Shown here piece by piece: positions 25,739 to 34,540 of a stretch of 40,860 bases of DNA. The notes below the pieces were generated by a model, which had not been told where the DNA came from, made no database searches, and worked only from the letters and a program-made list of their open reading frames with translations. Made by a program: the position numbers and the translations under genes. Location of the stretch: the NCBI GenBank assembly GCA_020051235.1, contig JAGVJG010000135.1:1-40860 (forward strand), in the 5' to 3' direction. The stretch's first letter is position 1. Every line of letters starts with the position of its first letter. Origin of the DNA: Parachlamydiales bacterium. GTDB taxonomy: Bacteria > Chlamydiota > Chlamydiia > Chlamydiales > Parachlamydiaceae.

Positions 25739-26217
25739 TTTACAGCATCAACGATAAAAGGAACGTATTGCTCGGCAAATACCATCATTTGAGTTTTAAA
25801 AGTGTAGGGATTTGCAACAAGATCTTTTAGTCCGCCCAATGTTTGAGTGTTGTCGTTTTCATCAAATAAGGTAACTTGAAAAAGCTCTTTATTTAGAAAG
25901 CTAAAAATAGCAATGCCCTTTTTGCCAATCGGCCTTAAAGTGACGTGGGTAATTTCAACTTTGCGACAGTACTCCATCTGATAATTGGCCGGAAGGCTTT
26001 TTGGATTATTCGTTGCCGACTTTGTTAGGTCGACTTTTTCCTTTTTTACACGGACTTGATAATCATAGGTTTTAAAGAGAGACGATATTTGAGGATCAAA
26101 ATAGGCAACTTTTTCAATTTGATCGCGTTTATTTAGGGCATTTTCAAGTTTGAAGGGGAGATTTGCGCCTAATGAAGATATTAAAAGGGTAGATAAGATT
26201 AAAAAAATATTTTTCAT
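25735..26217 (-). CDS. hypothetical exported protein
   Basis: N-terminal signal-peptide-like MKNIFLILSTLLISSLGA. ATGA overlap with the downstream photolyase-related gene. Confidence 0.6.
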   Translation of the reverse strand: MKNIFLILSTLLISSLGANLPFKLENALNKRDQIEKVAYFDPQISSLFKTYDYQVRVKKEKVDLTKSATNNPKSLPANYQMEYCRKVEITHVTLRPIGKKGIAIFSFLNKELFQVTLFDENDNTQTLGGLKDLVANPYTFKTQMMVFAEQYVPFIVDAVK

Positions 26218-26256
26218 AGGAATAGTCTAAAATAGTTTGATATACTATTCAATAAT

Positions 26257-27306
26257 ATGGTTCGAGTAGTAGTTGTTGGTGGAGGCGCTGCGGGTTTTTT
26301 TGCAGCCATCACATTTAAAGAAAATTATCCCGATAGTGAAGTGGTAATCCTTGAAAAGACAAGGCAGCCGCTTGCAAAAGTGAGAATTTCAGGCGGGGGG
26401 CGTTGTAATGTTACGCATTCTTGTTTTGATCCCAAAACTTTAGTAAAAAACTATCCAAGAGGTTTTCTTGAACTACTAGGACCCTTTCATAAATTTCAAC
26501 CCCAAGACACCATTCGTTGGTTTGAAACTCGTGGGGTTAAGTTAAAAGTGGAAACGGATGGAAGAATGTTCCCCATCACCGATTCTTCTGAAACAATTAT
26601 TCAGTGCTTCATGAAAGAAGTGAAAAGACATAACATCGATCTTAGGCTTGAGACCTCTGTAGAAAAGATTGAAAAAGGATTTCTCGTTCATTTAAAAGAC
26701 GGAAGCGTTTTGGAAGCAGATAAAATCATTTTGGCCACCGGCTCAAATCCTTTAGGACATGAGCTTGCAAAATCGTTAGGACACACTATCGTTAAGCCCG
26801 TCCCATCGTTATTTTCATTTAACTGTCCCTCTTCACCGCTCCTCGATATAAGTGGAATTTCATTACCAAAAGTGAAAGCAAAGCTTGAAAATACAACTCT
26901 TGAAACGGAAGGGCCTATTATTCTTACTCATTGGGGATTTTCAGGTCCTGCCATTTTAAGATTATCGGCTTTTGCCGCTCGCTATCTCCATGAAAATAAT
27001 TATCAGGCAAACGTTATAATTGACTGGCAACCGGATGAAGAGATACCCATCCCCAAAAATTTACTGAAGAAGTTATTGCCCGATGAAATTCATCGCTCCC
27101 GTTACAAAATCGAAGGTAAAACTACTTATAAAATGGAGTTTGTTACTGCCGGGGGAGTAGAACTAAAAGAAATTCATTTTAAGAACATGGAAAGCAAGCT
27201 GGTTCCAAACCTTCATTTTACAGGTGAAGTTCTAAATATTGATGGAGTAACGGGTGGCTTCAATTTCCAAAACGCTTGGACGACTGCATTCTTAGCAGCG
27301 TCTTGA
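26257..27306 (+). CDS. HI0933/BaiN-family FAD-dependent oxidoreductase (compact)
   Basis: VVVVGGGAAGFFAA dinucleotide-binding motif, ISGGGRCNVTH, HWGFSGPAIL and a C-terminal GGFNFQNAW are present. Confidence 0.8.
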   Translation: MVRVVVVGGGAAGFFAAITFKENYPDSEVVILEKTRQPLAKVRISGGGRCNVTHSCFDPKTLVKNYPRGFLELLGPFHKFQPQDTIRWFETRGVKLKVETDGRMFPITDSSETIIQCFMKEVKRHNIDLRLETSVEKIEKGFLVHLKDGSVLEADKIILATGSNPLGHELAKSLGHTIVKPVPSLFSFNCPSSPLLDISGISLPKVKAKLENTTLETEGPIILTHWGFSGPAILRLSAFAARYLHENNYQANVIIDWQPDEEIPIPKNLLKKLLPDEIHRSRYKIEGKTTYKMEFVTAGGVELKEIHFKNMESKLVPNLHFTGEVLNIDGVTGGFNFQNAWTTAFLAAS

Positions 27307-27484
27307 GAGACTCACTCTGTATGCATGAATTTTTTTTGTACACAAAGAACAACAGGAAGAAAGCAGCAGGAAGAGCACTAAGAAAATGTGTATGCATTTT
27401 TCTTCTCCTTCATATTCCAGAATAGTGAGTCTCTTAGCGTTCTTACTGTAGTTCTCTTCCGGCTGTTCTTTGTGTACAAAGAAA
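27307..27484. repeat. long imperfect palindrome (palindromic element, copy 2, no cargo)
   Basis: The left arm TTTTTTTGTACACAAAGAACAACAGGAAGAAAGCAGCAGGAAGAGCACTAAGA pairs with the right arm TCTTAGCGTTCTTACTGTAGTTCTCTTCCGGCTGTTCTTTGTGTACAAAGAAA. Both arms are clearly homologous to the copy-1 arms. The element fills the gap between convergent stops at 27306 and 27492. Confidence 0.8.
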
Positions 27485-27491
27485 CGTGTCC

Positions 27492-28112
27492 TTACACCCC
27501 TTTTGAAAGGAAAATTTTCGTTAAATCTTCCAATTTTTTTGTATCGTGAAATCGAATCACTAGAGGGTTTCCCATAAGTATCGAGACTTGAATATGTTTA
27601 TTTGTAGGTTGTTTATAGGTATAGACTCGGGCGTGTTTTAATTGATTGGCGATTGAGTGAGTGAACTCTGTGTCTTCATATTCGAGTACAACAGCATCTT
27701 TAATCTCATTAAGTGCATTTACGAGAAGTGTTGTATCGCCCGGTTTGAAAAAATGGGGCTCGGCTTTTATCCAACAGCTTAAAATAACATTGGTGGAATT
27801 TGCATCATTAATATTTCTTACAATGTCTAGAGGGGATTCAACTGTATAGTAGAGCGGTTGAATATGTACCTTTTTTAAAATATCAGCGAGATCTTTATCA
27901 ATGTTGAATCCACTATAGTTTTTGCTTTTAAAGACTAACGCGACCCTTTGATCATGAATTTTGCGAGGATCAAGTCCTCTTCGATAAGTGGCTTCTGTTT
28001 CCATTAAATCGAAAAATGTAAACGCAAAATAAGCCAGAGTAGCAAAGGAAAGTGTCCCTCCCACCAACACTTTTGTTGAATAAGGTGATTTGGTGAGAGA
28101 GTCAATTCCCAT
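27492..28112 (-). CDS. hypothetical membrane-anchored protein
   Basis: 206-aa ORF with one N-terminal TM helix (VLVGGTLSFATLAYFAFTFF). Last gene of a minus-strand operon. Confidence 0.6.
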   Translation of the reverse strand: MGIDSLTKSPYSTKVLVGGTLSFATLAYFAFTFFDLMETEATYRRGLDPRKIHDQRVALVFKSKNYSGFNIDKDLADILKKVHIQPLYYTVESPLDIVRNINDANSTNVILSCWIKAEPHFFKPGDTTLLVNALNEIKDAVVLEYEDTEFTHSIANQLKHARVYTYKQPTNKHIQVSILMGNPLVIRFHDTKKLEDLTKIFLSKGV

Positions 28113-28115
28113 TTG

Positions 28116-28418
28116 TTATCCTTTTTTATAAAGTAAAACAGCCGTTAATAAGCTAAAGAGCGCCATTGCAAGAGGAACGGGAGTTTGAGTGGCGAAATAT
28201 CGGTAAGTAAAAAAGAGTGTCATTAGTGTGGCGACGCTTAGGGATAAGGGATAGGCCCATGAAAGGTCTTTATAAAATCCAAAAGCGGCAATAGTTAGAA
28301 GGGTGGCAAAAATGGAAGAGGCAACGAGAGAAGGCACGCTACCGGCCATTAAAAATCCAATGAGGCCTCCCACAAATATGAGGGCAGCGTAAGAGGCGGT
28401 GATTGTAAGTGAGTTCAT
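28116..28418 (-). CDS. TMEM14/UPF0136-family small membrane protein
   Basis: 100 aa with about four TM helices. YAALIFVGGLIGFLMAGSVPSLVASSIF matches the TMEM14 signature (GGxxGYxKxGSxxSLxAG) from memory. Confidence 0.55.
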   Translation of the reverse strand: MNSLTITASYAALIFVGGLIGFLMAGSVPSLVASSIFATLLTIAAFGFYKDLSWAYPLSLSVATLMTLFFTYRYFATQTPVPLAMALFSLLTAVLLYKKG

Positions 28419-29143
28419 TTCAATACTTCCTTAAAAAAGGCATCCATTTTAGCGAATGCGCGGTTTGCAATTTTCGAATTATAAATTAACCCTTTTTCTG
28501 GATTATTCGCTTTTGGATTTGTGAATGCGTGAGAAGTATGACCATATAAATCAAATTCCCAATCGACTTTTGCGTCTGTTAATTCTTTTGCAAAACGCTC
28601 TAAATCTTGCCAGCTATTCATAGGATCATTAGCTCCATGTAAGAGTAAAAATGCTCCTTTCATAGGTTGGTTGGGAGCTAGATTGGCCGGTTTTCCGCCC
28701 ATAGAATTGGCGATGACTCCGTGAAAGGAGACAACCCCCTTTAAATTTACGCCTGATCTCAGGAGCTCGATAACAGATAAACCTCCAAAGCAAAAGCCGA
28801 TCGCTCCCACTTTTGAACGATCAACAAAGGGGAAGGTTTGTATTTTTTCAAGTGCAGCCACCATTCTCGTGCGTAATTCATCCCGATTAAGAAATAGGGG
28901 GCCTATGAGGGCTGAGGCTTCTGCATCATTGGTAGCTAATTTTGCGTCCCCGAAGTTGTCAACGGCAACGCCGACATACCCGAGTTTTGCTAAATTTTCA
29001 GCTTGCTGAATAGCAAAGTCATCTCGCCCATACCAGGCATGAGCGACTAATACGACCGGCCTTGCTTTATCTTTGTCTTGCGTAAATAAAATGGCTTCAT
29101 GGTTTGCGTGGGGAGACTGATAGTTGAACTTTTCCTTTATCAT
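28415..29143 (-). CDS. dienelactone hydrolase family protein
   Basis: VLVAHAWYGRDDF, the nucleophile-elbow region GAIGFCFGG, and a C-terminal HGANDP...H.F pattern are present. Confidence 0.8.
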   Translation of the reverse strand: MIKEKFNYQSPHANHEAILFTQDKDKARPVVLVAHAWYGRDDFAIQQAENLAKLGYVGVAVDNFGDAKLATNDAEASALIGPLFLNRDELRTRMVAALEKIQTFPFVDRSKVGAIGFCFGGLSVIELLRSGVNLKGVVSFHGVIANSMGGKPANLAPNQPMKGAFLLLHGANDPMNSWQDLERFAKELTDAKVDWEFDLYGHTSHAFTNPKANNPEKGLIYNSKIANRAFAKMDAFFKEVLK

Positions 29144-30455
29144 TTATAAACTCTTTTAATAAGGTTGCGTTGTAAATTTTATTATTTATTAAATCAGCGA
29201 CGGTATTTAATCCAAATGATTTTACCCGAGCTATTCCTTCCTTGAAGGTTCTAACTTCACTCGGCTTGAAAATTCCTGCTGCTGAATAATCATCTAATGA
29301 ATTGACCTTGATTTTGATTAAACCTTCTTCGATCGGATCATTTAGATGTAAGTTTTCTTCTACTTCCCCGGCAAGTATTTCTACCACATCTCCTGCACAT
29401 ATGGGTCCGAAGGCTCTTCTGGTTAAAATTACGTAGAGATTTCCTGCCACTTTACGATCGTTTAATAAGGGGGATAATCTGGCTAGATGGTTAGTTGTTT
29501 CTATTTTTACATCATTAGGTATATATAGCGTTTCGGTATCAAGGCCCATTCCTCGAATTAAAAGAGCAAACGTGTTAGCGACTTTTAAAACCCTTCTTCC
29601 TCTTTCAGCAAGAATTTCAATTCTTGTAAGATGATCTGTATTTATATCTGCAATCCAGGTCGTTCTAAAAACTCGAGCTAACTCATCGATCAAGTCTCGT
29701 ACTTTGTTGCATTCTGAAATGATTGTCTCACGTAACTCTACGAATTGATTTTGAAAATCAATGGGTTTCGTATGTTTCAAAAATTCACTTTTAATTGAAT
29801 CGATTTCAGTCTTATCCAGCAAGGCTAGAAAGTCAATGAGTACGAGTTGATTACCCGCAAAAAATAGAGCGGGGATTTGACTTCTATCCCCATGTTTTAA
29901 GATATAGCTAAACACACCGTAGAATTGCGTGAATGTTAGGCTTCTAACAGTTTTTACAAAGACCAGTTTATCTGCGCATTCAAACAGCATGGATGTCAAT
30001 TTCTCTTGCCATTCTTTAGTGTTAGGATTTAAGTGACTAATCCTTGCTGTAAGTAAATCAACAGTTGAAATTCCTGCAGAAAAGAAGTGAGGCTGAGTTT
30101 GTATAGGCTGCACTTCAAGAACTCGATTAATTAAAGTATTTAAGCGAGTCCATTTTTTTTCAATTTCTGGGTTCCAGATTTTTTCCTTTTCAAGGGTTCT
30201 TCTTAAAATAATGATTTTTTGGCCATGTATAATAGTATGAGCGGTAACTTTTAGCTGGATTAACTCATGTTTATTATTTAAAACTTTCCAAAGGTGTTCA
30301 TTTAATTGATAGTACCACTCTTCAAAACGTTGATTCATTACAGTTACATAATTCGTAAATACGCTTTGTGCTTGACTGAGCTCTTTCAGAGTCGTATCTT
30401 CTGTCAGCGTAAGAATAGGGCCTAAATAATCGGGATTTTCTTGCATAGCATTCAC
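29097..30455 (-). CDS. hypothetical protein
   Basis: Uninterrupted 452-aa ORF with no recognisable motif. 47-nt overlap with the downstream hydrolase start. Confidence 0.6.
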   Translation of the reverse strand: MNAMQENPDYLGPILTLTEDTTLKELSQAQSVFTNYVTVMNQRFEEWYYQLNEHLWKVLNNKHELIQLKVTAHTIIHGQKIIILRRTLEKEKIWNPEIEKKWTRLNTLINRVLEVQPIQTQPHFFSAGISTVDLLTARISHLNPNTKEWQEKLTSMLFECADKLVFVKTVRSLTFTQFYGVFSYILKHGDRSQIPALFFAGNQLVLIDFLALLDKTEIDSIKSEFLKHTKPIDFQNQFVELRETIISECNKVRDLIDELARVFRTTWIADINTDHLTRIEILAERGRRVLKVANTFALLIRGMGLDTETLYIPNDVKIETTNHLARLSPLLNDRKVAGNLYVILTRRAFGPICAGDVVEILAGEVEENLHLNDPIEEGLIKIKVNSLDDYSAAGIFKPSEVRTFKEGIARVKSFGLNTVADLINNKIYNATLLKEFINDKGKVQLSVSPRKP

Positions 30456-30491
30456 TTATAATTTTTACTATTCAAATGCAATAAGGAAATT

Positions 30492-31298
30492 ATGTTGTAT
30501 TATCTGCTTATAATTGTTCCCTCTATTTTGTCTTCGTTTTGTGTTGATAATTTATCTGTTGGTCTTGAATCGGGTTATCGGCAACAGCGTCTGCAATATA
30601 CTTCTATTGACGAAGACCGTGTGATTGGTTGGAAAAATATGAATGGCTGGCAAAACTTACTGAAAGCCACCGTATCGTCTGAACTAGGGTTGTATATTGA
30701 AGGGGATCTTTCCTATACCCGGATATTTGAGAGACAAAAATGTAATGGGAATTCGACTTTCGCAGAACTTATGCTGGGTTACTCGTTCACATGGAATTGT
30801 CTAACTTTTACACCTTTAGTCAGTTATGTATATGAAAAGGATCATATCCGTAGTCATGATGCAGGAACCTTTGTTCTTTCTACGGATGAACTTGCTCAAA
30901 TGAAAGGATTCTATTCCACAAGATTCCAAGGGCCATCGTTGGGAGGCAAGGTAGACACTTCTTGGAATGATTGGGATCTCTCCCTCTTAGGGCAGTATAT
31001 TTTTGCTGATTTTCTAGGTAGATCGAAATGGGTGATAGGGTCTGAATACCTTCATAAATTAAGACAGAAATCAGCTCATGCGTACGGCGTTTATTTAAAG
31101 GCTTCAATTCTATATAACTTAAACTGTAAATGGAAATTGGGATTGGTGGGAGATTTTACCTATTTTAAGGCAAATCGGGCATCTGAAAAGGGCTCCATTG
31201 ATCTTCTGATTGATAATGATGTGCATTATCATGCGAGCACAAAAGATGCGATTATGCGTGCATTTGCGGTAAGGGGAATAGTTGAATACGAATTCTGA
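30492..31298 (+). CDS. putative outer-membrane beta-barrel protein
   Basis: N-terminal hydrophobic leader. Repeated alternating-hydrophobic strands are visible (LGLYIEGDLSYT, LMLGYSFTW, WKLGLVGDFTYF). The C-terminal residue is Phe (VEYEF). Confidence 0.5.
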   Translation: MLYYLLIIVPSILSSFCVDNLSVGLESGYRQQRLQYTSIDEDRVIGWKNMNGWQNLLKATVSSELGLYIEGDLSYTRIFERQKCNGNSTFAELMLGYSFTWNCLTFTPLVSYVYEKDHIRSHDAGTFVLSTDELAQMKGFYSTRFQGPSLGGKVDTSWNDWDLSLLGQYIFADFLGRSKWVIGSEYLHKLRQKSAHAYGVYLKASILYNLNCKWKLGLVGDFTYFKANRASEKGSIDLLIDNDVHYHASTKDAIMRAFAVRGIVEYEF

Positions 31299-32271
31299 AA
31301 AAATACTCGAAGTTAAGAATCTAACGGTTCCTTTTTTGTTAGAAGGAAGAGAAGTTTCCATCGTAGACGACCTTTCCTTCGATCTTTATCCGGGTAAAAC
31401 ACTCGCCATTGTAGGGGAATCGGGGTCAGGAAAATCGACTCTCGCTTTAGCTTTAGTAGGCGCACTGCCAGAGCCCCCTGCATTAAAACCCCGAGGCCAA
31501 GCCCTTTACAAGGGTAAAAACTTACTTGATCTATCGCGAAGAGAGCTCAATAAAATAAGAGGCTCTAAGATTACGATGATATTTCAAGATCCCAATGCTT
31601 CCTTAAATCCTGTTTTTACCATCGGCGATCAGCTTGAAGAAGTGATAGATTTGCATATGGATTTAGATGAAGACGAGGCCTACGAACGAATCATCCATGC
31701 ATTAAGAGAAGTTAAGCTAAAAGATCCTGAAATCATATTAGATAAATATCCTCACCAATTATCAGGCGGACAAAAGCAACGGGTCATGATCGCGATGGCA
31801 ATTCTAGTTAAACCCGATATCTTAATTGCCGATGAGCCCACCACGGCTTTGGATGCAACAATTCAAATGGAGATTTTATACCTTATATCCGAACTACAGA
31901 AAACGCATCATATGGCAACCATGTTAATTACTCACGATATGGGAGTGGTAGCTGAGATTGCAGATGATGTGATGGTAATGTATGCTTCACAATCATTTGA
32001 AATAGGAAAGAAGCAGGCCATTTTAGAAAAACCTGCTCATCCCTATACCCAAGCCTTGATTGCGACATTGCCTTCAAGGAATAAAGATTTAAAACCTATT
32101 AAGGGGGCAATACCGTCTCCGCTTGCAAAACCTTCTGGATGTATATACCATCCCCGATGCCCTTATAAATGGGAGACTTGCGAAAGAAAGCAAGTCGAGC
32201 TTTATACCGTAAAGGAAAATCATCTAGCCAGATGTTTATTATATGACCCTACTGAAAGTAAAAAATCTTAA
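31282..32271 (+). CDS. oppD: oligopeptide/dipeptide ABC transporter ATP-binding protein
   Basis: Walker A GESGSGKST, signature LSGGQKQR and Walker B ILIADEPTTALD are present. The Opp/Dpp-type C-terminal Cys motif GCIYHPRCPYKWETC is also present. Confidence 0.85.
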   Translation: MNTNSEKILEVKNLTVPFLLEGREVSIVDDLSFDLYPGKTLAIVGESGSGKSTLALALVGALPEPPALKPRGQALYKGKNLLDLSRRELNKIRGSKITMIFQDPNASLNPVFTIGDQLEEVIDLHMDLDEDEAYERIIHALREVKLKDPEIILDKYPHQLSGGQKQRVMIAMAILVKPDILIADEPTTALDATIQMEILYLISELQKTHHMATMLITHDMGVVAEIADDVMVMYASQSFEIGKKQAILEKPAHPYTQALIATLPSRNKDLKPIKGAIPSPLAKPSGCIYHPRCPYKWETCERKQVELYTVKENHLARCLLYDPTESKKS

Positions 32272-32992
32272 AGTCTATTTTCCTGTTTACTCAGGAATAA
32301 TGAGAAAGGTGACGGGTTATCAAAAAGCGGTTGATGACGTCTCGTTTACCCTTAATGAAAATGAAATTTTAGCCATTGTGGGTGAATCAGGATCTGGAAA
32401 GACGACCACGGCAAGAGCGATAGCCGGGCTTGTTAAGCCAAGCGAGGGGACTATTGAGTTTCCCAAGCCTTGCCAAGTTCAAATGATCTTTCAGGATCCG
32501 GGAGCGGCTTTAAACCCGAGGCAGAAAATTCGAGAGGCCTTTATGGAGCCTCTTCTTTATTTTAAGTCCGAATCGCCCGAGCAAGCCTTAAAGAAAGCCG
32601 AAGAGGTCATTGAACTACTAGGCTTAAACAAGAATATGCTGGATCGTTATCCTCACGCTTTTTCTTTAGGACAAAAGCAGCGACTGGCCCTTGGAAGAGC
32701 TTTAATGATCGATCCTAAAATCATCTTATGTGATGAGCCGGTCTCGGCATTGGATGTTTCTGTTCAGGCTCAGATTTTGACTTTAATTTTAAATTTGAAA
32801 AAGTCCCTAGGTTTAAGTTTTTTATTTATAACCCACGACCTTAACGTTGTGCAGGCAATAGCCGATAGGGTAGTTGTGATGCATCAAGGTAAAATCGTTG
32901 AGGAAAAGACGACTCATAATCTATTTCTTAATCCTGAAGCCGATTATACTAAGAAACTATTGAATGCGATTCCCGGTAAAGAATATTTTTAA
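32243..32992 (+). CDS. oppF: oligopeptide/dipeptide ABC transporter ATP-binding protein
   Basis: Walker A GESGSGKTT, a degenerate signature FSLGQKQR, and Walker B ILCDEPVSALD are present. It overlaps oppD. Confidence 0.85.
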   Translation: MTLLKVKNLKVYFPVYSGIMRKVTGYQKAVDDVSFTLNENEILAIVGESGSGKTTTARAIAGLVKPSEGTIEFPKPCQVQMIFQDPGAALNPRQKIREAFMEPLLYFKSESPEQALKKAEEVIELLGLNKNMLDRYPHAFSLGQKQRLALGRALMIDPKIILCDEPVSALDVSVQAQILTLILNLKKSLGLSFLFITHDLNVVQAIADRVVVMHQGKIVEEKTTHNLFLNPEADYTKKLLNAIPGKEYF

Positions 32993-34200
32993 TGTTTAAT
33001 GATTTAGCCTTAAATAGAACGCGGTCGGCCTTTTTGTGGACACGAGTTTTATCCACTCCCTTTTTCGGCCTATTCATTCTTCTTCCCATGATCCTTTATA
33101 AAGATCTGAAAGAAGGGTTATTTATGGTTACTCTTCTTATTACCTTAAAACCGGCTATTTCGCTTCTTGCTCCTTATTGGAGCGTGTCTATTTATCGTCG
33201 CCCTGATCGACTTCGTGCGAATTTAATTTGGGCAAATATTTTTAAGTTTGTTCCCTTCTTGTTTTTACCGTTCAACGATTCGATTGAATACATCCTTTTC
33301 GCAAGCTTGATCTATTTATTTTTAGGAAGAGGGGTTATTCCCGCATGGATGGAACTTCTTAAAATCAATATTCCTGACGAAACACGAGTTCGGGTTTTTG
33401 CCTGGGGACAAGGACTTGATTATCTAGGAATCGCTTTATTTCCTATTCTTCTAGGATGGGCGCTTGATAATTACGAATTTGGGTGGAGATACCTTTTTCC
33501 CATAACGGCATTATTAGGAATTGCATCCACCTTATTTCTTTTGCGGATACCAAAACACATTGATCAGCTTAAAATTGAAGAGACCAAAGAAAATATAATT
33601 ACAAAACCTTGGAAAGCCTCTTACGATCTATTAAAACAAAGAGGGGATTTTAGCCGCTTCCAAATCGGCTTTATGTTTGGAGGAGGGGGATTAATGATTA
33701 TCCAGCCTGCTCTTCCCATCTTTTTTACTGATTCACTGCACTTGTCTTATCAAGAAATGTCCTTTGCCATTGCGTTTTGTAAAGGAATTGGATTTGCCGC
33801 CACCTCGCTTCTTTGGGCAAAACAGTTTGAAAAATCAAATATATTTGTCTTTTGCAGTGTCGTAACTCTGCTTGCGAGCATCTTCCCGCTCGTCTTGCTC
33901 ATGTCATCCTATGAAATTGCCTATCTCTACATTGCCTATCTTCTTTATGGAGTAATGCAAGGAGGCTCCGAGCTTGCTTGGCATCTTTCAGGCCCCACCT
34001 TCGCCCGTCACGAGGATAGCTCGGTCTATTCATCGACTAACATTCTCACACAAGGCCTGCGAGGCGTTTTTGTTCCTTACTTGGGAACGATCATATGCCT
34101 TACCTTTGGTGCAACGACTACCCTCTGGGCGTCTGCCGCTCTCTGCCTCATCGCGACCTATGCTATGCTTGCCTCCCGCAAACAGCTCGTCGAAACATAA
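32992..34200 (+). CDS. MFS-type transporter
   Basis: 402 aa with about 12 hydrophobic helices. The start abuts the oppF stop. Confidence 0.6.
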   Translation: MFNDLALNRTRSAFLWTRVLSTPFFGLFILLPMILYKDLKEGLFMVTLLITLKPAISLLAPYWSVSIYRRPDRLRANLIWANIFKFVPFLFLPFNDSIEYILFASLIYLFLGRGVIPAWMELLKINIPDETRVRVFAWGQGLDYLGIALFPILLGWALDNYEFGWRYLFPITALLGIASTLFLLRIPKHIDQLKIEETKENIITKPWKASYDLLKQRGDFSRFQIGFMFGGGGLMIIQPALPIFFTDSLHLSYQEMSFAIAFCKGIGFAATSLLWAKQFEKSNIFVFCSVVTLLASIFPLVLLMSSYEIAYLYIAYLLYGVMQGGSELAWHLSGPTFARHEDSSVYSSTNILTQGLRGVFVPYLGTIICLTFGATTTLWASAALCLIATYAMLASRKQLVET

Positions 34201-34540
34201 AACACCCGTGCCCGTGCCCGCGTAAAGTACCCGTGCCCGATTCCCGCTAAACATCGGAAGTATCGCTTCTATGATTTTCTTATTATTCTTTGGGTGTAAA
34301 ATTTTACACAGAGAGCAACACAGAGAGAACAGGAGAGGAACGCTGAGAGTTATCCTAATGCATTCAATTTAATAATGAAAATCGAATCTCTCGATCTGTT
34401 GTTCTCCCTTTGTTCTCTGTGTTGCTCTCTGTGTCAAAATTTTACAAGTAACGAATAATATATATATAAATTCGGCGGTACTTCCGAAGTTTGACGGGAA
34501 TCGGGCACGGGCACGCACGCGGGCACGGGCACGGGTGTTA
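34201..34540. repeat. 340-bp imperfect palindrome (palindromic element, copy 3) with GC-rich (CCCGTG)n outer arms
   Basis: The outer arms 34201-34266 and 34475-34540 are near-perfect reverse complements (AACACCCGTGCCCGTGCCCGCG...CCCGTGCCCGATTCCCG). The inner arms TTTACACAGAGAGCAACACAGAGAGAACAGG / complement are related to the copy 1/2 core ACACAAAGAGCAACAGG. The element spans exactly from the MFS stop to the stop of the convergent 515-aa gene. Confidence 0.85.

Noticed and set aside
27307-27484. Simple bidirectional rho-independent terminator
   Set aside because: The stem is very long (~70 bp). The T-run lies 5' of the stem and the A-rich run lies 3' on the plus strand, so neither transcript would end in hairpin plus U-tract. 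I kept it as a repeat-family finding instead.
33974-34254. 83-aa (+) and 74-aa (-) ORFs at the end of the MFS gene
   Set aside because: They are alternative-frame or antisense ORFs inside the MFS coding region that extend into the GC-rich repeat arm. They have no independent start signals or motifs.
34201-34540. Possible CRISPR array or tandem-repeat locus, suggested by the repeated CCCGTG units
   Set aside because: The repeats are short hexamers within two inverted arms. They are not regularly spaced direct repeats separated by unique spacers, and no cas genes are nearby.
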